Positions 62,952-64,000 of a DNA stretch of 64,000 nucleotides are shown one piece after another. Origin of the DNA: the human T2T-CHM13v2.0 reference genome, Homo sapiens; the NCBI RefSeq assembly GCF_009914755.1, contig NC_060928.1; one strand, given 5' to 3'. The translations under genes and the position numbers were made by a program. Below the pieces are notes generated by a model. The model was given only the letters and a program-made list of their open reading frames with translations, ran no database searches and was not told the DNA's origin. Positions within the stretch are counted from its first letter, which is position 1; each line of letters opens with the position of its first letter.

Positions 62952-64000
62952 CTAAAATTTTTTTTTAAAAAAAAAGCAGAAATGTAAGTTAATACTATAA
63001 TGTACTTTAATCTTTCCACATAATCACAAAGTTTTATAGATAACAATAATCCAAAGAAAACATTATCAGAAATTACATAGGCCCAAGGCCAACAGGCCAG
63101 TATGTCCCTAAGGATCATAATATTTAAAACAGATTTATAGTATTTCCTCCGTCTCTCAGTTGCTGGTATAATTGCATCTGCAAGTGGGTGGTATATGCAG
63201 ACATACTCATCTTCCAAGTTCAGTCAGGGAATAAATTCACATTCACTTTTAGAGTTTCAGTGGATGTTCCCACTGTCTGTGCCCTTGTTTCTGTGTTTCC
63301 GCTGACTGCCTCAACTGTGGCTTCCGTCATTCACCGCATCCTTTGACCCGGTAACAGCACATGGATCTAAATTACTAAAAGGAACCCAGTTTTCCCTTTA
63401 TAAATGAAAGGACAAAACACTACTAAAGAAAATAAAAACCTATTTTGTCTTATTCATTCCATTAAAAAATCCTCTACCTGTCAAATCTCAAGGACCTTGA
63501 TAAAAACATGAAAAGACATCAATTCTTTAGTTTACTGGCAAGATTATACCCTGTTGGTTACAAAATATACACATAGGAATTTTTATAAATGAAGACTGTA
63601 ATAGAAATTTGCTAGTAAGATTAAAGATCCCTTAGGCACTATCTCTCCCAAAAAGCCTCAGAATTGCCTGATTCTAAATGGAACTGTAGAAGTTCCCTAA
63701 AATTATTTGCTTTAAATTCAAACTAAAAGGGATACAGAGACCATCATCCCAAGAATCAGATTATCATTATTATCTAAGATTTCAGGTTATCTAAGCTTAT
63801 TTCCTTTAATTTTATATAGATAATTACAAACAAACTTATTTACAGCTAAGCATTAGAGAAATTCCAATATTTTCCTTCTAGTACTAATTAGTTTATTCAG
63901 AAATAACCTGGCCTAACTTTATCTTAAAAAAAAAAATCAATAAATGAAGTCCAACAACATTTCACTGCCCCAAATACTAATACTACTAAGAAAATATAAG

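Overview
Primate, almost certainly human, genomic DNA lying wholly inside PPA2 (mitochondrial inorganic pyrophosphatase) on the minus strand. Five coding exons (6-10 of the 334-aa isoform; numbering from recall) were found by GT-AG boundaries. They splice into one open frame: [166 protein letters not shown]. The rest is intron, rich in Alu, L1, L2, MIR, DNA-transposon fossils, two solo LTRs and a U6 retrocopy. Most ORFs in the supplied track are repeat-derived or unsupported. I found no convincing novel multi-gene system. The best leads are a 74-bp near-perfect palindrome, a candidate cryptic exon in intron 7 with a 63-codon in-frame extension, two internally deleted L1PA copies with ORF0-like frames flanking exon 7, a sense-oriented MER52 LTR with promoter motifs and a weakened poly(A) signal, and templated-insertion scars. 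Repeat subfamily names come from remembered consensus sequences and their edges are approximate.
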